64,000 nucleotides of DNA from a virus (Duplodnaviria > Heunggongvirae > Uroviricota > Caudoviricetes): positions 7,343-71,342 of IMG/VR virus record IMGVR_UViG_3300045450_000050. One strand, given 5' to 3'. Made by a program: the position numbers and the translations under genes. The notes beneath the pieces were generated by a model that ran no database searches, was not told the origin of the DNA, and saw only the letters and a list, made by a program, of their open reading frames with translations. Shown one piece after another: positions 9,263 to 19,300 of the stretch; positions within the stretch are counted from its first letter, which is position 1, and the number at the start of each line of letters is the position of its first letter.

Positions 9263-11143
9263 CTAGAGAACTCGAATGATGTATTGAAGCGCGATGTAGG
9301 GCTGAAGGTTCGGGTGTGGCTGATTGCCTCCCGCAGGGGCAGCGTAACCAATCGCGTTGTTGCCTTGTCCTACGCCGACGTTACCCGAGCCGTCGTTGCG
9401 GTAATACAGCGGCACTTCACGACTTGGAGCACCCGTGTGATTGTGCTCAGGCATCTGCTCAACGGTCAAAGTGACCGTCTTCGAGCCGCCGCGTGCCGCC
9501 GTGGCGAAGTCGCCATCTCCGGCGTCAACACCCGCGATCACACGCCCGCGCAGGTCGGGCAGGTTGAAGGTCGAGGACCCGTTCCCCGCTCCGTACGTGT
9601 TGCCGATCAGCGCGTACAGCGCAGCGTAGGTGGTGCGAGACACCGCCTGTCCCTGGGCAAGCAACCAACCGGCAGGAGCGGTAGTTCCGGCGTACGGGAG
9701 GACCACGCCCAGGGGCTCGACCATCGCGCCTGCGCCCTGGTAGATCTGCCCGAGCACATCGAGAGCCCCCTGCTCCCAATACTTGCCGATGCCGAGGCCT
9801 GTGGCCCAGTGCTGTGCGATCTCACCCGTGGCGAGCGAGGACTGCACTGGTGTGTTGTTGAACTTGTCGAAGACTTCGAGGCGGATGTCAAACGCCGTCG
9901 ACACCGGGTACGGGCCATCGAGATACGCGACGTTGTTGTAGCCCGTGGTCGTGCTGCCCAGGATGATGTTCGTCGGGGCGCTCCACGTCGAGGACGAACG
10001 CGGCTTGGTGTATGCACGCATCGAGAGCGTGTTGCGCTGGGTGCTGTTGATGATGGACTGCACCGCGGCGGTGATAGTGAGCTTCAGGCGCGTACCCATA
10101 GGGTCGGACGCATTGGAGCCGTTCACTCGCGAGACCACGAAGTTCGACACGATGGGAGGCGCGTAGGGCATGACGTTGATGTTCGTCGTCACGGACTTCG
10201 TGCGGCCTCGGGAGTCGGTGATGCCTTGGACCACAGGCACAGCGGTTCCCGACACGCTGATGCGCTGCGTGAAGTCTGCGACAGAGCCGTTGATGACCTC
10301 TCCGCCGACCGAGTGCGCCTGGTCGACGATGGAGGAGCCGTACGCGCCCGACGCTCCGTTGATCGTGCTCTTCAGTCGAGACACGCCCTGAAGGTAGCGG
10401 CCTGCCCCGATGATGGACTGCACGTTCGCAGTCTGTTCTTCGATGGTCGAGCTAGACCATGTCGGCACCACGCTGGCAGGCACCGTCACACCGAAGTCCG
10501 TCTCGGTCCAGCCGATGAAGTTGCCGCCCGTGCCGTTGTAAGTGTGCGTGCGGATCTTGCCGATACCGGAAGTGGCACTGGGGATCTGGTAGAGCAGATC
10601 CATGGGGACAGTCCAGTCCCAGTCGTTCGCGGTGTTGGTCCCGGCACGCCCGTTTGCGTTGCCGAAGTACCAGTCAGTGTCGTGCATGAAGTTGCCCGAC
10701 GCGCGGTTGTTGCGGATCTGGAACGTCTGTCCCGCATCGCGCCAGTTGCCATTGGGGAAGTCGGCCTTGGAAGAGCGGGGAATAGTTGGTGCGTTCAGAC
10801 CGGAGTGCACCTCGGCGTGCCCGAGCACGTCGGCATCGCAGTAGCCATCGATGCCGAAATACTTGGTGCCGTCACCGTTATGTCCGATGTTCTTCTCGAC
10901 ATACGCCAACCGCAGAGCATCCGAGTTGGTGAAGTCGAAGGTGAAGTCCCAACCCGCAACCTGACCACCATCAAGCCAAAACGAGAAGGTCGATCGGTAG
11001 CCCGACCGGGATGGCGAGTAGGAGTTCTTGCGAATCCACAGCTCGCCGCCATAGTTCGAAAAGTTACCGCCGACATCCTGGTAGCGCAGCCAGACGTTCT
11101 CTTCGAGACGAAATGGGCGATTCGAGAAGTTAGAAGAGACCAT
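9263..11143 (-). CDS. minor tail/fibre protein with C-terminal phage tail-collar domain
   Basis: PLGVVLPYAGTTAPAGWLLAQGQAVSRTTYAALYALIGNTYG..FNLPDLRGRV and NLQPYIALQYII are tail-collar signatures. Confidence 0.88.
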   Translation of the reverse strand: MVSSNFSNRPFRLEENVWLRYQDVGGNFSNYGGELWIRKNSYSPSRSGYRSTFSFWLDGGQVAGWDFTFDFTNSDALRLAYVEKNIGHNGDGTKYFGIDGYCDADVLGHAEVHSGLNAPTIPRSSKADFPNGNWRDAGQTFQIRNNRASGNFMHDTDWYFGNANGRAGTNTANDWDWTVPMDLLYQIPSATSGIGKIRTHTYNGTGGNFIGWTETDFGVTVPASVVPTWSSSTIEEQTANVQSIIGAGRYLQGVSRLKSTINGASGAYGSSIVDQAHSVGGEVINGSVADFTQRISVSGTAVPVVQGITDSRGRTKSVTTNINVMPYAPPIVSNFVVSRVNGSNASDPMGTRLKLTITAAVQSIINSTQRNTLSMRAYTKPRSSSTWSAPTNIILGSTTTGYNNVAYLDGPYPVSTAFDIRLEVFDKFNNTPVQSSLATGEIAQHWATGLGIGKYWEQGALDVLGQIYQGAGAMVEPLGVVLPYAGTTAPAGWLLAQGQAVSRTTYAALYALIGNTYGAGNGSSTFNLPDLRGRVIAGVDAGDGDFATAARGGSKTVTLTVEQMPEHNHTGAPSREVPLYYRNDGSGNVGVGQGNNAIGYAAPAGGNQPHPNLQPYIALQYIIRVL

Positions 11144-11145
11144 GG

Positions 11146-14100
11146 TCAGTTGCCTACAATCTTTCGGACCACAGTTCCGCCTGTAGCCGGGTCCTTCTCC
11201 AGCTTGTGGTTACCCAGCACAACTTCGGTGCCGACGAACGAGTTTACGATGAACTGGCCAGCGTCCCAGCTCGACACAGCTTGGCCGTTGTATCGAATCT
11301 CAGCTCCCGTGTTCTGGATCACGAACTCGTAAGCCGAGCCGGGGGCTCCGATGAACGCACCGGCCGCGGTGAATCGGTACGTGCGGCCGAGGTCAGCAAG
11401 CCCGGTCTGCGTGGTCTGGATGCCTGCCTGAAGGCCATCCGTACGGCCCGACAACGCCTGCGTGGCAGAGTTGGCCTGAGACGCTGCTGCTGCGGCCTTT
11501 GCAGCCGCCTCCTGCGCCTCGGTGACACGCTGCTGCTGAGACGCCAGCGCTGCTTGGCTGGCGTCTGCTCCGAGGTTGAGCGCGTTGATCTGCGTGTTGC
11601 CTTCGAGGTTGATGACACTACCCGCGTTGGGCACCAGTCGATCTACCTGAATGGTGGACGCGGCGATGTTCGCGCTCGTGATGGTCTCGGCCGCAATCTG
11701 CCGTCCCACGATGGTGCCATCGACGATCAGCTCCGCTGCGCTCATCAACCGCATGGCGAGATTCGCATATCGGTTGATCGCTCCGGTGTATCCGGTATCT
11801 ACGATGCGCAAGCTGGCGAAGAAGGCGTCGTTGGGAACCACAGTCTCCCAGGTGAAGTCCGCCCAGACAGACGTGCCCTCGAAGATCTTCGACACGTGCG
11901 ACAGCTCCGTGCCATCGGCACGGTAGAACACTGGCCCCACCATCACGTAGCCCGTACGCGTCTGATAGATGCTCTGAGACGCGTTGGGCGTGCCTGCCCA
12001 GATCCACCGCTCCGCATCATTCGTGCTTGTCGTGCTGCCCGCGAAGGGATCTCCCAGTGCCGCCTGGGCCGCGGTCTCGACCGAGATAGACGACATATCG
12101 AGAGTGTCACCGACTGCGCCGCCGTCGATGAGCAGCACGACCGCACCGTTGGCCGTGGCGGCAGTCGTCTTCGTGATTCCGGAAACATCAATGGCCGACG
12201 AGCCCGCGGGGATCGTGAACGTCACGCCAAGGGGCGTCTCGCCTGTGGTGCTGTCGCTGCTGACCGGACGGAACCGGAGAGCCGCGGTCATCTGCACCGA
12301 CGCACGCACACGCATGCGCACGCGCATCTCAGTCTCGGTAGGGAACTTGTTGGGCGTGCCAACGTCGATCCCCACACGCATCGTGCCCGTAGCTGCGCGG
12401 CGAATGCGCACGCCCGTGGACACCCCGCCCGTCATGTTGTCGATGCGTGACAGCTCGGCCAGCAGCACGTCGCGGAAGGAGTTCGGGTTGAGCGCCAGCG
12501 GGTCGGATGCGTAGTTGCGGCGACGCGGGACCCAGGTCGTCGCAGGCAGGTTCGAGAAGAACCCTCGCATGTCCATCCGCAGTCGCTGACCGGCGCGCAC
12601 GGCGGCGCGGAAGGTGTTGGTCAGCGACCCCGAGCCCGTGCCCGAGACAGGCTCGCGCGTGATGTAGTGATCGATGGCGGCAGCGCCCGAAGTCTGGATC
12701 TTCCAGAGCTGTGGAGAGTTGCCTGTCTTGACCCAGCCGTCGAAGCCCTCAGGGTCCTTGTTGGTCGGCTGGAGGTCAGCGTTGTCGAGCAAGTTGTCGA
12801 GTGTGGCCAGCAACAGCTTCGAAGCGAGGATGCTCTTGGCTGCGATGCGGTCGGCGTTCAGCACACCCGCAGTGACCTTACCCGCGTCGAGGTTGTCGAC
12901 AGTCTGGCCATCGATGGTGCGCTTGATCCACTGGGTGCCTGTCCAGGTCCAGACGCCGATGATGAGGTCACCGCTCAGCTTGTACCAGAGGTCGCCCTGC
13001 CGAGTGCCTGTTCCCGTGGGATCGGCCGAGGAGTAGGTGATCCGGTTCTTACCGTCCGCCGAGGCCAACGCGGAGTCGGCGGTAGCGTTGGCCTCGTCGA
13101 TAGCGTCCTTGATGGCTGCGTCGATGTCGTCAGTGGCCACGCCGACGACCGTGATGGAAGCGGCACTCGATGGTGCTCCCGCCACGCCGACGTAGTCGAT
13201 GGGCACCAAGCGATACCAGTACGTCGTGCCTGCTGTTCCTGTGGAGTCAGTGGCGGAACCGGTCACCAACGAGGTGACGAGAGTCCAGGGTCCCGAGGAC
13301 GATGTCGCCCGCTGGACCTCCATGTGCTTGTACCGAGTCGGCGCTGCCGAGCCGCCGAGCTGCCCGTCCCAGAAGATGCCGACCGCGCCAAGCTTGCTCA
13401 CGAGTGTCGGTGTGCTCGGCTTGGGAAGAGGCTGTGATGGGTTCGCACCGGTCACGGACTTCACGACGCTGAAGTTGCCGTAGCCGCCCGTACGAGACAC
13501 TGCGCGTACGCGGTACTCCCACGCCTCTCCGGGGCGAATGATGACGTTGGAGATCGTGTTCTCGACCGTGGTCAAGCGTGCGAACTCGTCGCTCCCCTTG
13601 CGTCCCCAGACCTCGTACGCGTAGATGTCGGTGACCGGCAGGTTGTTGACGTTGGAGATCACCGGAAGCCACGTCAGCTTCACGTCCGACACTGCGGTGC
13701 CGTTCTCCGTCCAGCGGCCCGTAGAGGTCGCCTCCAGGCCCGCAGGAGCCAGAGGGGATGCAGCCACCGGAAGCTGCGGAGGACCGCCCTGAGTGGGCGT
13801 GGAGGGCGTAGGAGACGTGCCTGCGAAGCCACCGCTCAGAGCCGACATGCCCGCGGCCTTGGAGATCATGCTCATCAGGTCGTCGGTACGGCTACCGAAG
13901 ATGTTGTCGAACTCGACGGCGTAGGTGGGGTCACCGATCTTGTTCTCGGTGACCGACACCGACATGATGCGGCGCTTCTCCAGCTTGCGCGTCTCACCTG
14001 GAGCGGAGACCCAGTCGCCCTCCTCGAAGTCTTCGAGTGGGACCATGTTCGGGACGGGAATCATCTCGAACGTGGCGGTCTTCTCAGGCAGAGCCTTCTT

Positions 14101-15516
14101 CTCGAACACCTTGGCCACGAGATCCGAAGCTGCCTTGGAAGACATCTCCGTCGAGACCTGGCCCTCCAGCACGCCGTACTTGGCGATGGAGTCCGTGTCC
14201 TCAGACTGCACGCGCTCCCAGCCGTCTGCTGTGCGCAGCAGCAGCGAGTTCACGATGTCGGCCTGGCCCTTCTCGTCGGCCGTGATGAGGTTGTGGCCAA
14301 CGTTCAGGACGATGGGGTTGTCGTTGGCCGACGCTGGTCCCTCCAGTGAGCGATCCGCTCCACGCTTGGCCCAGACGTACAGTTGCAGCGTCTCGGCGTC
14401 GAGGTAGATGTCGCATGCCGCCTCTTCCAGCGCAGTGAACACCTCCTCGTAGTTGGTGCTCAGGCTGAACGAGATCGAGATCGAGGATGCCCAGGGCACG
14501 CCAGCGGAGTCGTGCGTGTGCGAGAACATGGGTGTCCAGTTCTTCGCGAAACGTACGCCACGGTCCTTCGCCTCTTGCAGCAGCGTCAGCAGAATGTTGC
14601 CCACGGTCCAGCCGGGCTCGCGCTCGGGGTAAGCGCAGATCTTCCACGAGGAGTCGGTCACCGCGAGCAGAGTCGCCGCCATGGGCGCGTTGGCGTCACC
14701 GATCTTGTAGAGCGCGGCGATGAGGCTACCGGGCCCGTCCGACTGGTAGTTGTATGCCTTGAAGGCGAAGACGTGCCAGCCCGCGTCGAGATCGAAGTCC
14801 TGCCGGGTCGTCTCTTCCCATGCGTGCTCGGCAGTGGTGTGGACCAAGTCGCCGTCGACATAGACCTCGGCCGCGTCATCGACTGCGAAGAACAGCGCGT
14901 ACTGGCCCTTCTGAGCCAGGTTGATCTCGAAGCGGAAGTACACGAAGCCCTGGGGCATCTGGTACGACGCGGCGTTGCGGTCCCAGATCCAGTTGGCCTG
15001 CGGAGCGTCTGGCCAGTTCGATGGCGCGGTGCCTCGCCAGTTCGCGGATGCTGCTCCCCACGGGTTGACGATGGTCGCGGGCGTCCAGTCGGACGGGTTG
15101 TACCACGCGCCCTGCTCGGAAGCGAAGTTGAAGTAGCGTGTCTCGGACGAGAATGGCGAGAGCGGGCGCGCCGGGTTGACGGTGGCGTCCTTGCCCCACG
15201 AGCGCAGGCCCTCGCCACTGATCTGCCACGCCTCTTCGGCCTTCTCGCCCTTGCCGACGATGGTGTGTTCCTTGTTGTTCAGGATGAAACCACCCTGAAT
15301 CTTGCCGTTGACGCGCACACGGAAGAAGTTGCGGTAGTCGATCAGCGTTGGATCATCGACGATCTTCGCGTCACTCTTCGCGATCTTGAATGATCCCGCA
15401 CCGACACCCTCGATCTCGCGGAGAAGGGTGGGCTCCACCCGTCCGTCGAGCACATCGACCTTGGCGAACGGCGCGATGTCGCGGTAGACCTCGATCTCGA
15501 TTCCCATGTTGGGCAT
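11146..15516 (-). CDS. large minor tail protein (Tal/hub with jelly-roll, FN3 and CBM-like modules)
   Basis: Follows Dit; FN3-like segments (VKLTW..YEVWG..YRVRAV; YWYRLVPID), C-terminal coiled coil; 1456 aa. Confidence 0.85.
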   Translation of the reverse strand: MPNMGIEIEVYRDIAPFAKVDVLDGRVEPTLLREIEGVGAGSFKIAKSDAKIVDDPTLIDYRNFFRVRVNGKIQGGFILNNKEHTIVGKGEKAEEAWQISGEGLRSWGKDATVNPARPLSPFSSETRYFNFASEQGAWYNPSDWTPATIVNPWGAASANWRGTAPSNWPDAPQANWIWDRNAASYQMPQGFVYFRFEINLAQKGQYALFFAVDDAAEVYVDGDLVHTTAEHAWEETTRQDFDLDAGWHVFAFKAYNYQSDGPGSLIAALYKIGDANAPMAATLLAVTDSSWKICAYPEREPGWTVGNILLTLLQEAKDRGVRFAKNWTPMFSHTHDSAGVPWASSISISFSLSTNYEEVFTALEEAACDIYLDAETLQLYVWAKRGADRSLEGPASANDNPIVLNVGHNLITADEKGQADIVNSLLLRTADGWERVQSEDTDSIAKYGVLEGQVSTEMSSKAASDLVAKVFEKKALPEKTATFEMIPVPNMVPLEDFEEGDWVSAPGETRKLEKRRIMSVSVTENKIGDPTYAVEFDNIFGSRTDDLMSMISKAAGMSALSGGFAGTSPTPSTPTQGGPPQLPVAASPLAPAGLEATSTGRWTENGTAVSDVKLTWLPVISNVNNLPVTDIYAYEVWGRKGSDEFARLTTVENTISNVIIRPGEAWEYRVRAVSRTGGYGNFSVVKSVTGANPSQPLPKPSTPTLVSKLGAVGIFWDGQLGGSAAPTRYKHMEVQRATSSSGPWTLVTSLVTGSATDSTGTAGTTYWYRLVPIDYVGVAGAPSSAASITVVGVATDDIDAAIKDAIDEANATADSALASADGKNRITYSSADPTGTGTRQGDLWYKLSGDLIIGVWTWTGTQWIKRTIDGQTVDNLDAGKVTAGVLNADRIAAKSILASKLLLATLDNLLDNADLQPTNKDPEGFDGWVKTGNSPQLWKIQTSGAAAIDHYITREPVSGTGSGSLTNTFRAAVRAGQRLRMDMRGFFSNLPATTWVPRRRNYASDPLALNPNSFRDVLLAELSRIDNMTGGVSTGVRIRRAATGTMRVGIDVGTPNKFPTETEMRVRMRVRASVQMTAALRFRPVSSDSTTGETPLGVTFTIPAGSSAIDVSGITKTTAATANGAVVLLIDGGAVGDTLDMSSISVETAAQAALGDPFAGSTTSTNDAERWIWAGTPNASQSIYQTRTGYVMVGPVFYRADGTELSHVSKIFEGTSVWADFTWETVVPNDAFFASLRIVDTGYTGAINRYANLAMRLMSAAELIVDGTIVGRQIAAETITSANIAASTIQVDRLVPNAGSVINLEGNTQINALNLGADASQAALASQQQRVTEAQEAAAKAAAAASQANSATQALSGRTDGLQAGIQTTQTGLADLGRTYRFTAAGAFIGAPGSAYEFVIQNTGAEIRYNGQAVSSWDAGQFIVNSFVGTEVVLGNHKLEKDPATGGTVVRKIVGN

Positions 15517-15525
15517 GATGCTCTC

Positions 15526-16353
15526 CTACAGCCAGCGCGGCTTGTACTTCAGCACGGCGCTGCCGGTGCCGGAGTTGGACGTGATGGCGAGGCGTTGCAC
15601 CCCGGGCCGCAAGGACATCCAGTGCTTGTGTCCGAAGTGCGACACGTCGCGGATGGCGTTCGTGGGCGTCGTAGAGCGCTTGGCAGTCCAGGCGTCGACA
15701 TCGAAGACCACGCTCGAACCCGCAGCGATGGTGCCTGCGTAATCCAGCCAGATGTCCTCCGTGGAGTTGGTCAGGCGCAGGCCCGTGCGCGCACCGTTCG
15801 CCTGGAGGGTGATCACGGTCGTGGGGTAGTCACCGAGGATCGTTGGCGTCTGCACGCTGTTGGCGACAGCAGAGAAGTTCACCGGCTCCCAGTCACCGTA
15901 GTAGAACGGATCGGCCAGCCACATGTCGAAGCCCATGGTGGCGCGCGCTGGTCCCGTCATGCTCTCGTCGAGACCACCCTGGTAGATGGCCGTGGCGGTC
16001 GCACTCTTGACGGTGCTGGAACCGTAGTCCTTCCAGCGCTTCGTGAGCTGCACGGGACGGCCCTGGTTGTAGATCAGGGCCCGCAGCTTCTTGTAGTTCT
16101 TCTCGTACTCCGCACGGGGCCCGTAGGGACCGACCGTGCCGTCCTCGGTCATGCCGATGGCCCAGAGCTTGAACCCCTCGGTTCGCGAGTCGGGAATGCG
16201 CTCGGTCAGGCGCTGACCTGGGCGGTACGGAATCAGGATGTCTTCTCCGCGCAGGGGAGGCGGCGCGTGTCCGCCCCGCGTCTCGATGTTGAAGCCGAGC
16301 GTCTGGAGGGAGACATCGCCGATGCTCCAGTAGGTGTCAGTGCTGTTCGCCAC
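15526..16353 (-). CDS. distal tail protein (Dit)
   Basis: Directly after tape measure; PPLRGEDI..P, WLADPFYYG, C-terminal LRPG...YKPRWL. Confidence 0.8.
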   Translation of the reverse strand: MANSTDTYWSIGDVSLQTLGFNIETRGGHAPPPLRGEDILIPYRPGQRLTERIPDSRTEGFKLWAIGMTEDGTVGPYGPRAEYEKNYKKLRALIYNQGRPVQLTKRWKDYGSSTVKSATATAIYQGGLDESMTGPARATMGFDMWLADPFYYGDWEPVNFSAVANSVQTPTILGDYPTTVITLQANGARTGLRLTNSTEDIWLDYAGTIAAGSSVVFDVDAWTAKRSTTPTNAIRDVSHFGHKHWMSLRPGVQRLAITSNSGTGSAVLKYKPRWL

Positions 16354-16365
16354 GGGTCAAGCCCT

Positions 16366-19300
16366 TCACGCGTTCTCTCGTGCATTCTGCATGTAGCCGA
16401 TCCGCCGAATCGACTTGGGAAGCGACTCGGACACCGGCTCGTCAGTGGGGTTGTTGATCTCGACCTTGTCGATGTTGATGCTGTTGTCGACGATCTGAGC
16501 CGCAGCCCCCTGAAGCGATCCTACCGAAGCGGGCAGGCCGAGCGAGGACATTCCGCGCGACAGTCCCGTTCCCATCATCAGAGCCTTCAGGCCCTTGGAC
16601 TCCTCGTTGGTGAGGAACGCTTCGGTCTTGCCCGAAAGGTTGAGCGCTGCCTGACCGTGACGAAGCTTGCCACCCTTGTCGTGAGTGCCTGCGCCGAGAC
16701 CACGACGACCAGGGAACACGCCACCCTCGCGCATGGCCCAGTGAACGTGGTCCCAGTGAGCCTTGGCGATCTCCGGACGCCACGTAGTCTCTTGACCGTT
16801 CTGGAGCTGTCGTCCGCCCGCAGGGGTGTAGATCAGCTCACGGCTGTTGGGGTAGTTCGACTTGATCCAGTTGAAGATGGCCATGGACGGCGAAACGTCG
16901 ATGGCGCGGCCCTTGCCGTGATACAGCGGGTCGCCGGGACGGTAGTCCGAAGACTTCCATGCAGACGGGAACGCCTTCTTGACAGCATCCCACTGCGCCC
17001 GCCATCCCATGACGTTGGCAGGAGCGGGCCCGCCTCCGGCCATGTCCTGTTCCTGCTGGCGCTGCTTGTTGCCCTGGTCGGCCTTCAGCTTCGAGAAGTT
17101 CGTCAGGCCGTTGATAACGTTGCTTGGCCAGCTCTTGATCATCTCGGAGAAGCGGCCCGAGTCAGGCATGCCACGCAGGATGTTGTTGACAGGCGTCTTC
17201 ACGGCATCCGTGACGAACTTCACGGGGTTGCTGAAGAAGTTCGTGACATTGCCCGCAGTATCACGCACGAAAGAGCTGACGTTGTTGAACACGTCTCCGG
17301 CGAACTTGGTGACTTCCTCCCACGGTCCACCCGTACGCGGCTTGCGCTTGGGTGCTCCGCCGAACACGCCGCCCGTGGCGAACGACGCGCCCGACTTCGC
17401 CTTGCGGTTGATGTCCTCGATACCGCGAGCACCACCGAGCATGCGCGTAGCCTGCGGCACCAGGATGCCCTCGCCGCCGCCCAGATTCAGGCGGTTGCCG
17501 TTCTGGTCGACGAAGTGGTGGTTGTCGATCCCGGGGTTGTAGCCGGGCAGGACGCTGCGGTTCTTGCCATAGACACCACCCTCTGCGAAGTTCGTCGAGA
17601 TCGGGTCGAGGCGCATGTTCAGCTTCAGTGCGTCGTTGACCTTGTTCCAGAGGCCGCGGATACCGGTGTCGCTGTTGTAGACCGTGTTGACGACGAAGCG
17701 GATGGGAGCAGCGAACAGCTCCTTCATCTTGTTGAAGGTGTTACCGATGCCGGTCACCGCGTTCGACACCCAGGTGCCCAGCGTCGTCATGCCGTTCTGG
17801 AACGGGATGATTACGTTGTTGTTGATCCAGTACCAAGCGATCTGGAGTGCTGTCTGGAGGTTAGTCCAGCCCGCTTGAATGGGTCGAATGAAGGTGTTGT
17901 TGACCCACATGCCCGCGATCTGGAATGCGGTCTGAAGGGGCAGAAGCACGTTGCTGTTCAGCCAAGACCAACCGATTTGGAACGCAGTCTGGATGTTCGA
18001 CCAGCCCGTCTTCACCGGCTGAATGAACGTGGTGTCGAAGAACGACGTGACGGAGGCCCAGCCGTTAGAGAAGTTGGTGCCTGTTTCCTGGAAGAAGCGA
18101 GGCAGCTCCTCTCCCCACCACAGCTTTGCACCCGCCCACGCAGTCGACCACGCAGTCTGGATGCCATCGAAGAGGGTGAACTTGGGGGCGGCTACGTTGT
18201 TGAAGCCGGGCGCACCCTGGCCCGCAGCGAAGGGGTCGCTGAGCGGAGCAGGACCGAACGGGTTCGTGCCCGCAGGGCCAGTGCCGTTCTTGATCTCGTC
18301 CGTCGTCGCGAAGCCGGAGCGGTCGCCGCCCCAGAACATGCCCCAGAACGTGTCCCAGAAACCCTTGCCCTTGTTGGCCTCGCGGTCTTCAAGGATGTCC
18401 TTGTCACCGAACGTGTTAGGCGATGTACCGAAGAGCGAAGCACCCAGCAGACCCAGCATGCCGAAGAAGCCACCACTCGTGGTGACTGCCGCGGTTCCCG
18501 CAGTTCCTGCGCCCGCTGCTCCTGCGGCACCCGCAGGGACAATCGCAGGCAGCGCGCTCGCTCCCTTCATGGCGGAGAACATCGCCGTCAGCGCGCCCGA
18601 CTTGCCTGCCAGCGTCAAAAGACTGCCGACGAGGTTCGTGATGCCGGTGAACTTACCGATGAAGGACAGCGCAGCGAGGCCACCGATGAGCGACAGCAGG
18701 AACTCCGCCTCGCCGGGCTTCAGGTTGCCGAGGAAGTCCGCGACGCCCTTGAAGAAACCCGTGATGATGTCAGCGAACGTCTCGAACGCCGCTCCGCCGC
18801 CTGCATCGATAATCTCCGTGATAGAGGTGATGATCGACGAGATGGCCTGGATGATCTTCTCGTCGATGTCCGTCTTCGCAAGCGCGTCGAGCAGGCCTGC
18901 AAGTGCGGGTCCCAGATCGTTCCGCAACACGGATACGAGATCGTTGGCATCCTGGATGTTCTCCGGGTCCATGATCTCGCGGCCCATCCAGCCGAAGAAC
19001 TGACCCAGCAAGCCGTTGACATTCTCCAGAACGCCGCCTGGCTTGGAGATCTCGTCCAGGAACTTCTTGAACGGAGAGCCCGCCTCCATGGCGCGCTCAG
19101 ACGCCTGTCGCCAGTTCTCCGTGGTGCGCAGGAAGCCGTCCGACAGCCAGTCACCGAATCCGGAAGCGGCCTTGCCGTAGTTGAAGAGCGTCGTGCCGAC
19201 GTTCTTGATGATGGCCCACCACTTGATGAGGCGACCACGCACGATGTCGAGCCACGCAGCCAGACCCTGCTTCTCGGGGTCGGTGTCCAACAGCGCGGAG

